Assembly (NCBI GenBank): GCA_964516745.1
Contig: CAZEYD010000001.1
Coordinates: 101,047-165,046, forward strand
Direction of reading: 5' to 3'
Length of the DNA: 64,000 nucleotides
From: Candidatus Woesearchaeota archaeon
GTDB taxonomy: Archaea > Nanobdellota > Nanobdellia > Pacearchaeales > GW2011-AR1
Shown here: piece after piece, positions 28,093 to 36,842 of the stretch
Position numbering within the stretch: the first letter of the stretch is position 1
Layout: every line of letters starts with the position of its first letter
Notes under the pieces: model-generated
Told to the model about the DNA's origin: nothing
Database searches by the model: none
Seen by the model: the letters and a program-made list of their open reading frames with translations, nothing else
Translations under genes and position numbers: made by a program

Positions 28093-29256
28093 TTAGACTA
28101 ATTTTCCCATAACAACTTCATGATAAATCAAATGCAACAACAAAATCTTCAAATCATCATCTTTTCTAGAAACAGATAATTTCGTCAAAGACATATATTT
28201 ATCAAAAGATCCTTTCTTCAGAATTAATAAAGGAAACCCAAACTTCATTAGCAACCAATTAACAATCAATCTAGTAACCCTACTATTCCCATCAGAAAAT
28301 GGATGAAGATGTTGAAATTCATTATGAATATAACCAATTTTTTTTAAGACATCATCTCTCGATTTTATAGAATTAAATAATTTACAGAAATTATTTAATT
28401 TAAAAGACAGGTTTTTATAATTTTCAATTAGAAAATGAAGATTCCCTTTAATCTTAACATTATTATCTCTTCTAATAACTCCGGCACCCCTATGTAAAGA
28501 AAATAAACATAATTTATCCAACATCTCAATATTCTCAACACTCAAATCAACATCCAAATTATCCAAGACATACAAAAATGCCTCATTCAAATTTTTAACA
28601 ATCTGAATATCTTTACTAGATTTATCAGGATAAATATCTTTCGTCAACAATTCAATAGTCTCACCAATACTAACAGTAGCACCCTCTAATTGTGCAGAAC
28701 CTGCCAAAAATTCAAAAATCTTCAAATCAAACGGATTCATCTCCTGTCTCTTAGTGTGCAAAATTAGATCTTTCATATCTTTAAAAGATAAAAATCTCTC
28801 ATTAACATTCAAGTCAACATCATTATATTCAGCAAGATAACCAAACATTTCATGATTAAGCATCACACCCAACTTTGGTCTTTTATTATACATCAAAATA
28901 AACTGATTTTCCAACAAAAAATTAATTATCTTTGTATTATATATATTCCCTGACAATTTCAAAGGATTCAAGTTAGGAATTGCCTTCGGTAAAATCTCTA
29001 AAATCTTTTTAAAATTTCCATTGAACCAAAAATTAATTTCAAAAAAATTCTTCAAGGACCACTTAATAATATTAAAAATCTTTCGTGTTCTTTTATTATT
29101 TATTGGAAGTAAAAAACCCTCCTTAGATTTCCTAACCAAACCTTCACTAATTAAAAGCTCAATCTGAGAGCTAACCCTACCACTAAAACCCAAACCCCTA
29201 GGTCTACAAGGAGCTTTCTCAATTATTTCTGCAAATACATCATATTTTGTAACCAT
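28093..29256 (-). CDS. Fic-domain protein (class II arrangement: inhibitory SxxxEG motif upstream of the Fic core) with an N-terminal wHTH-like region
   Basis: Fic core HNEFQHLHPFSDGNSRVTRLIVNWLL (HxFx[DE]GN[G->S]RxxR). Upstream is FLAGSAQLEGATVSIGETIELL (S-x-x-x-E-G). It has its own TATA-like box 30 nt upstream. Confidence 0.85.
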   Translation of the reverse strand: MVTKYDVFAEIIEKAPCRPRGLGFSGRVSSQIELLISEGLVRKSKEGFLLPINNKRTRKIFNIIKWSLKNFFEINFWFNGNFKKILEILPKAIPNLNPLKLSGNIYNTKIINFLLENQFILMYNKRPKLGVMLNHEMFGYLAEYNDVDLNVNERFLSFKDMKDLILHTKRQEMNPFDLKIFEFLAGSAQLEGATVSIGETIELLTKDIYPDKSSKDIQIVKNLNEAFLYVLDNLDVDLSVENIEMLDKLCLFSLHRGAGVIRRDNNVKIKGNLHFLIENYKNLSFKLNNFCKLFNSIKSRDDVLKKIGYIHNEFQHLHPFSDGNSRVTRLIVNWLLMKFGFPLLILKKGSFDKYMSLTKLSVSRKDDDLKILLLHLIYHEVVMGKLV

Positions 29257-29276
29257 ATCAAATACAACACATTAAC

Positions 29277-29286
29277 CTTTATAAAA
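29277..29286 (-). promoter_or_regulatory. TATA-like box (TTTTATAAAG on minus strand) 30 nt upstream of the Fic ATG
   Basis: Same motif and spacing as the ribosomal-protein promoters. Confidence 0.4.
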
Positions 29287-29385
29287 TTAACTAAAACTGC
29301 ATAAATAATACATTAATTACTAATTATTACAAAACTACAATGGAGAACAAACCGATTTTTAACATCAGACTTCTGACCTCAAACA

Positions 29386-32300
29386 TCATCGCCCCTTATC
29401 GTATAATAGTTTAACTTCTGCATCTGATAATTCCCTATTATACATTTTCACATCCTGAATTTTCCCATCCCAAGTACGTACAGAAGCTCCAGTAGTATAA
29501 GCACCAATATAAAATGCAGTAGGAATTGCTGGGCTATAAGCAGTTGTAGTTCCGTCTGGTAATATCACACCATCTACAATAGCATAGCAGTGTGTTCCAT
29601 CATATACTTGTCCATACATATGCCACCCAGTATCGGTGATATCAATAGTGTAATCTCTATACTCAGTCTCACAGTGAACACGAAATTTATCACTAGTCAA
29701 CCAAATTCCTGGATTCCATCTTGCTCCTGTACCAACAAAAACAGTTTTCAAATTAGTAGAATCCCCAGAAACAGGGATGAGAGCAGTATCAGCTTTTGCC
29801 CAAAGTGCAACAGTATAAGGAAGTTCAACATCAACATTAGTATTGAATTGAATAGATCCGGTACTCCCATCAAAATCAGCACCATCACTTCCAATCGTCG
29901 CCCCACGATTCGTCCCATCATTACTATACGGCGTCTTATCCGTCATAATCTCCGAACCAACCGTCTCCGTTTTAGTATAAGTAGACGTCAACGGCATATC
30001 CAAAACTAACCCCTTATTCAAAGACGACGCCGAAGCCTTAGGCTTATAGACGCTATAAAGAGATTGGACTTCTGAAGGTGATAAGGCATAGTCATAGATA
30101 CGAGCATCAGATACAAATGTTTGCTTTCCTCCTCCACTATTCCCAATTTTTATATTAGAAGTAGAATCATCAATTAAATAATTAGACAACCCCGATAAAG
30201 TTGTACCTGATTGAACTACTCCATTTTTATAGATATAAGCTTTTCTAGTATCACTATCATAAGTATAAACTATATTATACCAATTACCATCGTATGGAAG
30301 AGGAGTTGTTAAAGCAGCTCTTCTCGTACCATCAATATAAACTTCTGAACGAATTAGCCCAGAATTATAAGAATCATAAAAATACCAAGAAGGAGATCTA
30401 GATAAGTAAAAACAATCAGATGATTGAGTATAAGTAGAATTTCTTTTTAGCCATAAAGAAAGTGTTATTGCTTCTCCTACATCTAATTGGGAAGCATAAG
30501 GAACTTCAACATAATCGCTTGTTCCAACTAAAAAACTACCTTCACTCTCTCCTTTAACTCCCTTTGCCAAAGTCGCTCCAACAATAATACCATTATTACT
30601 ATAAGGCGTTTTATCTTTAGTATATTTTAATCTCGTCCCATCAACAAAAGGTGTTGCATGGTCTTTTTCTTCTACCTGTCCTCCCCAAACATCTAGATTA
30701 GTATCAGAGGGGTTTGTTCCATATCCTATATTCGGATAAACACCACATTGTAGTTGATTAACACCAGAACTAGGAGCAGTAACAGAGAAGGAATAACGAG
30801 TCCAATCATCTATATCATCTATATCTACGGCTAATCCATTTGCATTTGAAACAAGTGCACCGTTTAACCCAAAAGCATATCTAAGATTAAAATCAGTCGT
30901 TAAATTTACATTTTTTAAATATATTGAACAAGTATATGTTGTATCAGCCTCTACCGTAATAGACTGTGTAAATCTTGAATACCCATATCCTAACCTATCT
31001 GCTGTCAAAGTCCCGTCCGGAGCTATTGAAATATCGGTAGTCACTACACTATTTATCCAATTACTGAACAAATTTCCAGTCCATGAAGAAAAATCATTTG
31101 GGTCCGAGACCAAATTCTCAGTCTCTTCTGTCTTCTCACTATCCCCATCCAACATCCAATGACCAACCAACCCCTTACTCGCCTTTATTGTCAACTTCGG
31201 ATTATAAGAATCATACAATTTCTTAATCTCAGTAGCAGATAACACACGATTGTAAACACGAATATCATCAAGTTTCCCATCAAAATCTTGTCCAAAAATC
31301 GTTGTAGATTTAAAACCAGACGGGACATCACCCTCCTGATAATTAGTAGCGCTCTTATCCAAGGCTCCATCTAAATAAATTTTACAAATTCTATCAGATG
31401 TTCTATATACATAAGTAAAATAAATCCATTGACCGGTAGGAATTACTCCCGAAGAATAAGTATAATGATCATTTGCTCCACCATTCCCATACAATAACGC
31501 TTTACCACCACTTGAATGAATAATTTCATTCCCAACATTAAAGTTATTAAAATCTTGAGGTATATCATTCCTATCTAAATATACCCAACCTGCAACAGTC
31601 CATTCTTGATTAACACTATCATCAAATAATTTATCTGTTACAATAGTACTGCTCCCATCAAATTCCATCGCACCCTCAGTCTTTCCATGCCTATCCGTCG
31701 CAAATGTCGCACCATGAACCACACCATTATTTCCATTCGGAGTCTTATCTTTTTGTATGGTGGATTCTCTTACAAACCACCAGAGCTTTGTTGTTGCATC
31801 AACACCCGCACTTACACCAACATTTGTTACATTAGTAGCTCCAAATCTAGCAGTAGCACCACCATCATCATAACCTATTTTTGCATTCTGCGTAGAACGA
31901 TCCTGTCCAGTTATACAATTAGGAATATCCACAGGACAAATCCCTAATGAACCATCACTCACCGGACTAGAACAACTAGCTCCATTATCACCATTGTAAT
32001 AACATAAACTATAAATTCCAAATGAATTACCTGATGTAGTTAGTGCCTCCCAAAAATTTGGAAGACATCCGGCATTACTATCACCCTGATAAGCCCAATC
32101 ATCAAGATTATTCCAAGTTTGAGCAACCTGATATTCAAATTTAATATTATAACTATAACTAAATGGATGTAATGCATGTCTTGGATGTGTCGACCTATAA
32201 CCATTTGAAATATCTCCTCCCAGGTTAGCAGATGGTGCCCAAACTTCTTTCCAACTAACAGAATCAGTATAATGATAATACCAATCTGCATAAGCATCTC

Positions 32301-32745
32301 CTCCAGTATCCGTTACCGAATCTGACGCCATAACTCTAAAATAATTAATTTGGGCATCTCCAAAATTTGAAGAAACAGCATTTTTAGCTGTAGTTCCAAA
32401 AGCATCAGAAGTAGTAGTAGATGTTTTTGTCCATTCTTGAGCAGTATCCCAAGACCCCACCAACATCCAACCACCACCATCGGTAGTCATATCACAATAA
32501 ACATCAAATGCAGCATCACCACCAGGACCATCAGGATCAATTGAGTAAATTCCATCTCCTGTCGAATCTCCATAATCAAGAATTGCTTTACATGATTTAT
32601 CTGCTTCAACACTACTTCCATCCAACTCCCAATGTAAAACCAAACCCTTCGACAAAGAATCCCCACTACTAATAACCGTCACAGCAAAAACCACACCAAT
32701 CAACAACACCATCCCAATCGACAAAATCAAAATTTTCTTATTCAT
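29386..32745 (-). CDS. Secreted lectin-domain protein, 1119 aa: signal - fibrinogen-like domain - LamG - CBM-like - LamG - LamG
   Basis: Signal MNKKILILSIGMVLLIGVVFAVTVIS (this 26-aa stretch recurs identically from the ATG at 35337 in the next gene). CKAILDYGDSTGDGIYSIDPDGPGGDAAFDVYCDMTTDGGGWMLV. LamG ends DDIRVYNRVLSATEIKKLYDS, DARIYDYALSPSEVQSLYSV and IQDVKMYNRELSDAEVKLLYDKGR*. Confidence 0.85.
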   Translation of the reverse strand: MNKKILILSIGMVLLIGVVFAVTVISSGDSLSKGLVLHWELDGSSVEADKSCKAILDYGDSTGDGIYSIDPDGPGGDAAFDVYCDMTTDGGGWMLVGSWDTAQEWTKTSTTTSDAFGTTAKNAVSSNFGDAQINYFRVMASDSVTDTGGDAYADWYYHYTDSVSWKEVWAPSANLGGDISNGYRSTHPRHALHPFSYSYNIKFEYQVAQTWNNLDDWAYQGDSNAGCLPNFWEALTTSGNSFGIYSLCYYNGDNGASCSSPVSDGSLGICPVDIPNCITGQDRSTQNAKIGYDDGGATARFGATNVTNVGVSAGVDATTKLWWFVRESTIQKDKTPNGNNGVVHGATFATDRHGKTEGAMEFDGSSTIVTDKLFDDSVNQEWTVAGWVYLDRNDIPQDFNNFNVGNEIIHSSGGKALLYGNGGANDHYTYSSGVIPTGQWIYFTYVYRTSDRICKIYLDGALDKSATNYQEGDVPSGFKSTTIFGQDFDGKLDDIRVYNRVLSATEIKKLYDSYNPKLTIKASKGLVGHWMLDGDSEKTEETENLVSDPNDFSSWTGNLFSNWINSVVTTDISIAPDGTLTADRLGYGYSRFTQSITVEADTTYTCSIYLKNVNLTTDFNLRYAFGLNGALVSNANGLAVDIDDIDDWTRYSFSVTAPSSGVNQLQCGVYPNIGYGTNPSDTNLDVWGGQVEEKDHATPFVDGTRLKYTKDKTPYSNNGIIVGATLAKGVKGESEGSFLVGTSDYVEVPYASQLDVGEAITLSLWLKRNSTYTQSSDCFYLSRSPSWYFYDSYNSGLIRSEVYIDGTRRAALTTPLPYDGNWYNIVYTYDSDTRKAYIYKNGVVQSGTTLSGLSNYLIDDSTSNIKIGNSGGGKQTFVSDARIYDYALSPSEVQSLYSVYKPKASASSLNKGLVLDMPLTSTYTKTETVGSEIMTDKTPYSNDGTNRGATIGSDGADFDGSTGSIQFNTNVDVELPYTVALWAKADTALIPVSGDSTNLKTVFVGTGARWNPGIWLTSDKFRVHCETEYRDYTIDITDTGWHMYGQVYDGTHCYAIVDGVILPDGTTTAYSPAIPTAFYIGAYTTGASVRTWDGKIQDVKMYNRELSDAEVKLLYDKGR
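31765..32610 (-). other. Fibrinogen-like YCDxxxxGGGW domain region (copy 2 of 4)
   Basis: Motif as above. The portion after GGGW diverges from the other copies. Confidence 0.55.
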
Positions 32746-32767
32746 TTACAAACACTATACCCACTTT

Positions 32768-32777
32768 TAATTTTAAA
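32768..32777 (-). promoter_or_regulatory. Candidate TATA-like box (ATTTAAAATT on minus strand) ~31 nt upstream of the ATG at 32745
   Basis: It lies in the 42-nt spacer between two LamG genes, with no SD. This suggests the downstream gene can be transcribed independently. Confidence 0.3.
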
Positions 32778-32787
32778 TATTTTTCCA

Positions 32788-35337
32788 TCATCGCCCCTTA
32801 TCGTATAATAATTTAATTTCTGTGTCCGAAAGCGCTCTATTGTAGATTTTGACAGAAGATATATTGCCAGTAGAATAAGATATAGAATCACTTCTATAAT
32901 AATACCTTCCTATATTCCTATAATTAGCAGCACTTGTAGCTAAAGGATACATGCCACTAAATGAGTTACTATCAATTAATTCTCCATTTACATAAAAATT
33001 TATAGAATCACTATCAATAATTGCCCCAACATGACTCCATTCATTCATTTCTACTTCCCCATTATCACTTGATGGTGTAAAATGAGCGGCAGCAACATGT
33101 TGAACATCTATCGTTAAAGAACCATCTGCATCAACTCTAAAATAATTCATATAACCATTATGACTATTGCTACTTCCGTGTTGGAATATATATGTAGAAG
33201 AACTAGGATTTACCCAAGCAGATATAGAAAGTTCGGTTAGCCCTACTAAAAATCCATTAAACCCTGCAACATAATCACTCCCATCAAAACTCATACTATC
33301 TTCCCCAACCGTCGCACCATAATTCTGACCATGATTACTATATGGCGTTTTATCCGTCATTATTTCAGAACCTACTGTATTAGATTTCTTATAAGTAGAC
33401 GTCAAAGGCATATCTAGAACTAAACCTTTCGTCAAAGACGACGCAGCAACCTTATGCTCATACGCATCATAAAGAGATTTTATTTCTGTGGGTGACAAGG
33501 CGTAGTTGTAGATACGAACGTCTGAGATAGAGCCATTTAAAATTGAAGAACTTCTTTTGCCTATAAATAAACTTTCACTATTAACTTGTAAACTTCCACT
33601 ATTCGACCAGTCAGTATCTTTACAGACATTATTAACACAGATATATACTTTACTTCCATCATATTTTGCCACAACATGATACCATTCATTTAATTCTGGA
33701 AGACTACCCCAACCTAGATACTTAATATTTGATTCATCATCAGTAAAATAAGCAAAAAATCCTGACGTTGGATGTAATTCTAAACCATAAGCAGGGCTAC
33801 TAGTGCCACTTTGCTTTCTTACAATTCCTGGCCAACCTCCTGATATACCATCTAAATATACCCATGAGCTTATTGTGACATTCCCAGAAATATCTAAGCT
33901 ATCATCATCAACAATCTCCACATAATCATCAACACCATCAAAACTCATCGCACCTTCACTCTTCCCATGCCTATCTGTCGTCGAAGAGGGAGTATCTAAT
34001 CCAGAGTTTGTAACTCCATGATTTTCAAAAGGAGTACTGTCAGTTACCTTACTTTGTCTTGTTCCATTAATAAAAGAAGTTGCATGATCTTTCAACTCAA
34101 CCTGAAAGTCATTTATAGTTATAATATCGCCACCAACAGTACCAGCCGGTGTATGAAAAAGCCAAATAGAACTAGCGTCACAATTCTCCACAATTTCAAA
34201 ATAACCAGTGTCTTCATCAAACGACCATGTACTAGCAGCAGAAGAATGATATGTATTAGCTCTATTACCAGGCAAAGTGTGTGGGTCCCCATTTTTGAAC
34301 AAATATCCACTTAGGGTAATAATATTACCATTATAATTGACTCCATTATGAACTGTTAAATACTGAGCTCCTCCCTCAACCATGGTAAAAGTTAAATCTT
34401 GCCCATCTCTTTCTAATGTATTATAAGGAGTATATGGACTAAGAGTACCTACTGCTAGATTTTCAGTATATTCATCATATGTATCCCCATCCAAAGGCCA
34501 ATGCCCAACCAAACCCTTACTCGACTTCATCGCCAACTTCGGATTATAAGAATCATAAAGTTTACCAATCTCTTTCTCAGACAACGCACGATTGTAGATA
34601 CGGACGTCGTCCATTGAGCCATCGAAGCTTTTAGCATAATGATAACTTGTTGATCCTGTTGACCTCCCTATGCTACCAAAACTAAAATACTCTGTACCGG
34701 GGTAAGTACCACCATCCATACTCCCTGTATAAAACATTTCTCCATTCTGATACCATCGAACAGGTCTATTGGTTTCATTGTTTGCAAAAACAATTACAAA
34801 ATGAGACCAAGCTCCTCTAACATCATCAGGGAAAGCACCTGTACCAAAATTATATCCGTTCTGTCGTGCTGCTTCTGTTCTAAAATATTTGCCAGAACTA
34901 AATATTTCTATATGTCTTATTGTACCACTACCTCTAAATAAAGCCATTCTATCAACTGCGTCGGTGTCTACATAAATCCAGACACTATAAGTGCAACCGT
35001 CAGGATAATTATTTGTACTAGTTATGCTCTCAGGCATAATAATATTATCACCATATGTTACTCCATCTACAGTTCCACTTCCATCAAAACTCATCGCCCC
35101 TTCACTTTTTCCCATCCTATCCGTAGTCAAAGTTGCCCCACTATTCGCTCCATGATTTTCATAAGGCGTCGAATCTCCAACTCTATTCGTCGCAGAATCA
35201 TAATCATCACCGTCCAAAGACCAATGACCAATCAATCCCTTCGACAAAGAATCAGTAGTACTAATAACCGTAACAGCAAAGACAACACCTATCAACAACA
35301 CCATACCAATCGACAAAATCAAAATTTTCTTATTCAT
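32788..35337 (-). CDS. Secreted lectin-domain protein, ~849 aa: signal - LamG - variable beta-domain - LamG - LamG
   Basis: The track start at 35370 is a TTG. The ATG at 35337 gives MNKKILILSIGMVLLIGVVFAVTVIS, identical to the paralog. LamG ends MDDVRIYNRALSEKEIGKLYDS, ISDVRIYNYALSPTEIKSLYDAY and ISSVKIYNRALSDTEIKLLYDKGR*. Confidence 0.85.
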   Translation of the reverse strand: MNKKILILSIGMVLLIGVVFAVTVISTTDSLSKGLIGHWSLDGDDYDSATNRVGDSTPYENHGANSGATLTTDRMGKSEGAMSFDGSGTVDGVTYGDNIIMPESITSTNNYPDGCTYSVWIYVDTDAVDRMALFRGSGTIRHIEIFSSGKYFRTEAARQNGYNFGTGAFPDDVRGAWSHFVIVFANNETNRPVRWYQNGEMFYTGSMDGGTYPGTEYFSFGSIGRSTGSTSYHYAKSFDGSMDDVRIYNRALSEKEIGKLYDSYNPKLAMKSSKGLVGHWPLDGDTYDEYTENLAVGTLSPYTPYNTLERDGQDLTFTMVEGGAQYLTVHNGVNYNGNIITLSGYLFKNGDPHTLPGNRANTYHSSAASTWSFDEDTGYFEIVENCDASSIWLFHTPAGTVGGDIITINDFQVELKDHATSFINGTRQSKVTDSTPFENHGVTNSGLDTPSSTTDRHGKSEGAMSFDGVDDYVEIVDDDSLDISGNVTISSWVYLDGISGGWPGIVRKQSGTSSPAYGLELHPTSGFFAYFTDDESNIKYLGWGSLPELNEWYHVVAKYDGSKVYICVNNVCKDTDWSNSGSLQVNSESLFIGKRSSSILNGSISDVRIYNYALSPTEIKSLYDAYEHKVAASSLTKGLVLDMPLTSTYKKSNTVGSEIMTDKTPYSNHGQNYGATVGEDSMSFDGSDYVAGFNGFLVGLTELSISAWVNPSSSTYIFQHGSSNSHNGYMNYFRVDADGSLTIDVQHVAAAHFTPSSDNGEVEMNEWSHVGAIIDSDSINFYVNGELIDSNSFSGMYPLATSAANYRNIGRYYYRSDSISYSTGNISSVKIYNRALSDTEIKLLYDKGR

Positions 35338-35373
35338 CTTTCTCTCCCAGCAATCCAATGTCCGATTCAATTC

Positions 35374-35745
35374 TCATTTTAAAAGCACCTTTATCTGTTT
35401 AATTAAAACCTCAGATTTCATTATCTCCCCTTCAACAATTTTCTTATTAAAAATAACAAATACGCTAATATTCCCATAATCTGCTTGCATTCTCAAATCA
35501 TATAAATGTCTTAAATGATCATAAAAAAATTCACCCAAAAACTTAGCACACAACTCCCAAATCTTCTGATGATTCTTCGGAACCTTTACCTCTTTAAACA
35601 TCAAATAAGCAATAACAGCCTTCTCAAAAGAAAAATACAAACGATTAGCTGAAGTCTTTAAACTCAAATTAAGATTATTTCTTGCTACCTTCAAAAATTC
35701 ATCTGCAACTTCTAATTCATTTAAATATCTTTTTTCCAATCTCAA
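35374..35745 (-). CDS. HEPN-domain protein (pair A)
   Basis: All-helical 123 aa. It has the A..FL..A..NL start, VPKNHQKIWEL (conserved His helix) and LYDLRMQADYG (R-x4-Y), as in classical archaeal HEPN partners of minimal nucleotidyltransferases. It overlaps the upstream NTase by 29 nt. Confidence 0.7.
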   Translation of the reverse strand: MRLEKRYLNELEVADEFLKVARNNLNLSLKTSANRLYFSFEKAVIAYLMFKEVKVPKNHQKIWELCAKFLGEFFYDHLRHLYDLRMQADYGNISVFVIFNKKIVEGEIMKSEVLIKQIKVLLK

Positions 35746-36505
35746 CCCCCACCTTCTTTAAATCATTTATATTTTTAACTTTATATTTTTTATTAAAAAA
35801 ATCCAAAGCATCCAATTTAGTCTTTGGAAGAAATCCCTCCAAAAAACAATAAACATAAGACAAATTCACCAAAGCACTATCAAAAAGTTCCTTATCTTTT
35901 CCAACTATCAAATCATATACAGAATTCACAAATTCAAAATAATGCTTCTGAGCCTTAGAATATTCTAAAACATAAGACGACTGATAAATAACCACCCCAT
36001 TAAATAAATTATCAAAATTAAAACTATCTTTATGAAAATTTAAAATTACTCCAAAAGATCTCTCAATTTTACTTTTCATATCATTTAAAGATTTAAGGTC
36101 CTCAACTTTAAGATTATCACCAAGCAAAAGAATATCAATATCATTAAATTTCTTCCCCTTTAAAACACTTCCAAAAAGCAAAGCAGCTTTTATTTTCTTC
36201 TTATCAAATAAGGAGAAAACTAGAACATCAACCACAAGTTTTACAAAAGAATCCAAAGACTTAAACTCCATCGAATCAAGATAATATTTAAACTGTAAAA
36301 CAGAATTATCCCTTGTTAAACCAACAATCCTTTGATTACCATAATTTTTAATTCTAATAAATCCTCTCTCCTCAAGAAACCTTAATGCTTCAAAAGAAGA
36401 ATTTCTCCCAGTTTTAGCTTCACGAATAAGAACCTCTATACTTTTTTCTTCACCACTAAGAAGAATCTTTTCCATCAACTTAAGCATACTCTTTTGATAT
36501 TTCAT
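35717..36505 (-). CDS. wHTH + minimal nucleotidyltransferase (MNT) protein (pair A)
   Basis: The N-terminal ~70 aa are wHTH-like (SIEVLIREAKTGRNSSFEALRFLEERGFIRI). NTase signature LLFGSVLKGKKFNDIDILLLGD (GS-x9-11-DxD). Confidence 0.75.
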   Translation of the reverse strand: MKYQKSMLKLMEKILLSGEEKSIEVLIREAKTGRNSSFEALRFLEERGFIRIKNYGNQRIVGLTRDNSVLQFKYYLDSMEFKSLDSFVKLVVDVLVFSLFDKKKIKAALLFGSVLKGKKFNDIDILLLGDNLKVEDLKSLNDMKSKIERSFGVILNFHKDSFNFDNLFNGVVIYQSSYVLEYSKAQKHYFEFVNSVYDLIVGKDKELFDSALVNLSYVYCFLEGFLPKTKLDALDFFNKKYKVKNINDLKKVGVEIGKKIFK

Positions 36506-36553
36506 TGTATTCTTATAATACCCTACTGTATTCTTTTAATATTATAAACTTTC

Positions 36554-36620
36554 CTATTATCAACCAATCCATAGACAAAATCTTTTTTCCAACACCTAAT
36601 ATTTGTTTATTCTTATTCAT
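36554..36620 (-). pseudogene. Fossil of a LamG-cassette 5' end (signal-peptide region)
   Basis: The minus strand from 36620, ATGAATAAGAA..AAAGATTTTGTCTATGGATTGGTTGATAATAGG, aligns with ATGAATAAGAAAATTTTGATTTTGTCGATTGGGATGGTGTTGTTGATTGG at 32745 and 35337. No ORF follows. Confidence 0.4.
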
Positions 36621-36640
36621 TTTTATTTAACCTTTATTTA

Positions 36641-36760
36641 ACCAATCATCCTCATACCAAACTCGCCTAATCCTCAAACACAATTAATTTCTTTTCACTC
36701 ACCATAATCTCACCTAACAAAACCAAACAAAATCAATTAATTAATACTTATCACATCGCA
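36641..36760 (-). pseudogene. Fossil of a Bro-N gene start plus its upstream leader
   Basis: 36706-36760 aligns by eye at roughly 85% identity with 27742-27795 (..AACAAAACCAAACAAAATCAA..TTATCACAT..). From the ATG at 36705: MVSEKKLIVFED*, then WYEDDW in another frame. This is a deleted version of MVDEKKLIVFEDKKIRRVW.EDxWW. Confidence 0.6.
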
Positions 36761-36842
36761 TTCTCCATAAATCAGCTAGTTTCTGTTATTGTCATCTGTT
36801 CACGGTTATTTATTTACAGTCAACCGTTTTTGACTTCAAACA

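Noticed and set aside
7304-35367. The exact 13-mer AATCGGACATTGG shared by two junctions, taken as proof of a recombination site.
   Set aside because: Repeated 13-mers are expected by chance in 64 kb. On a uniform-composition model the order is ~30 pairs (about 60 if both strands are counted), and the AT bias raises this further. Only the junctional position and the surrounding similar words make it noteworthy, so it is kept as a low-confidence observation rather than a called feature.
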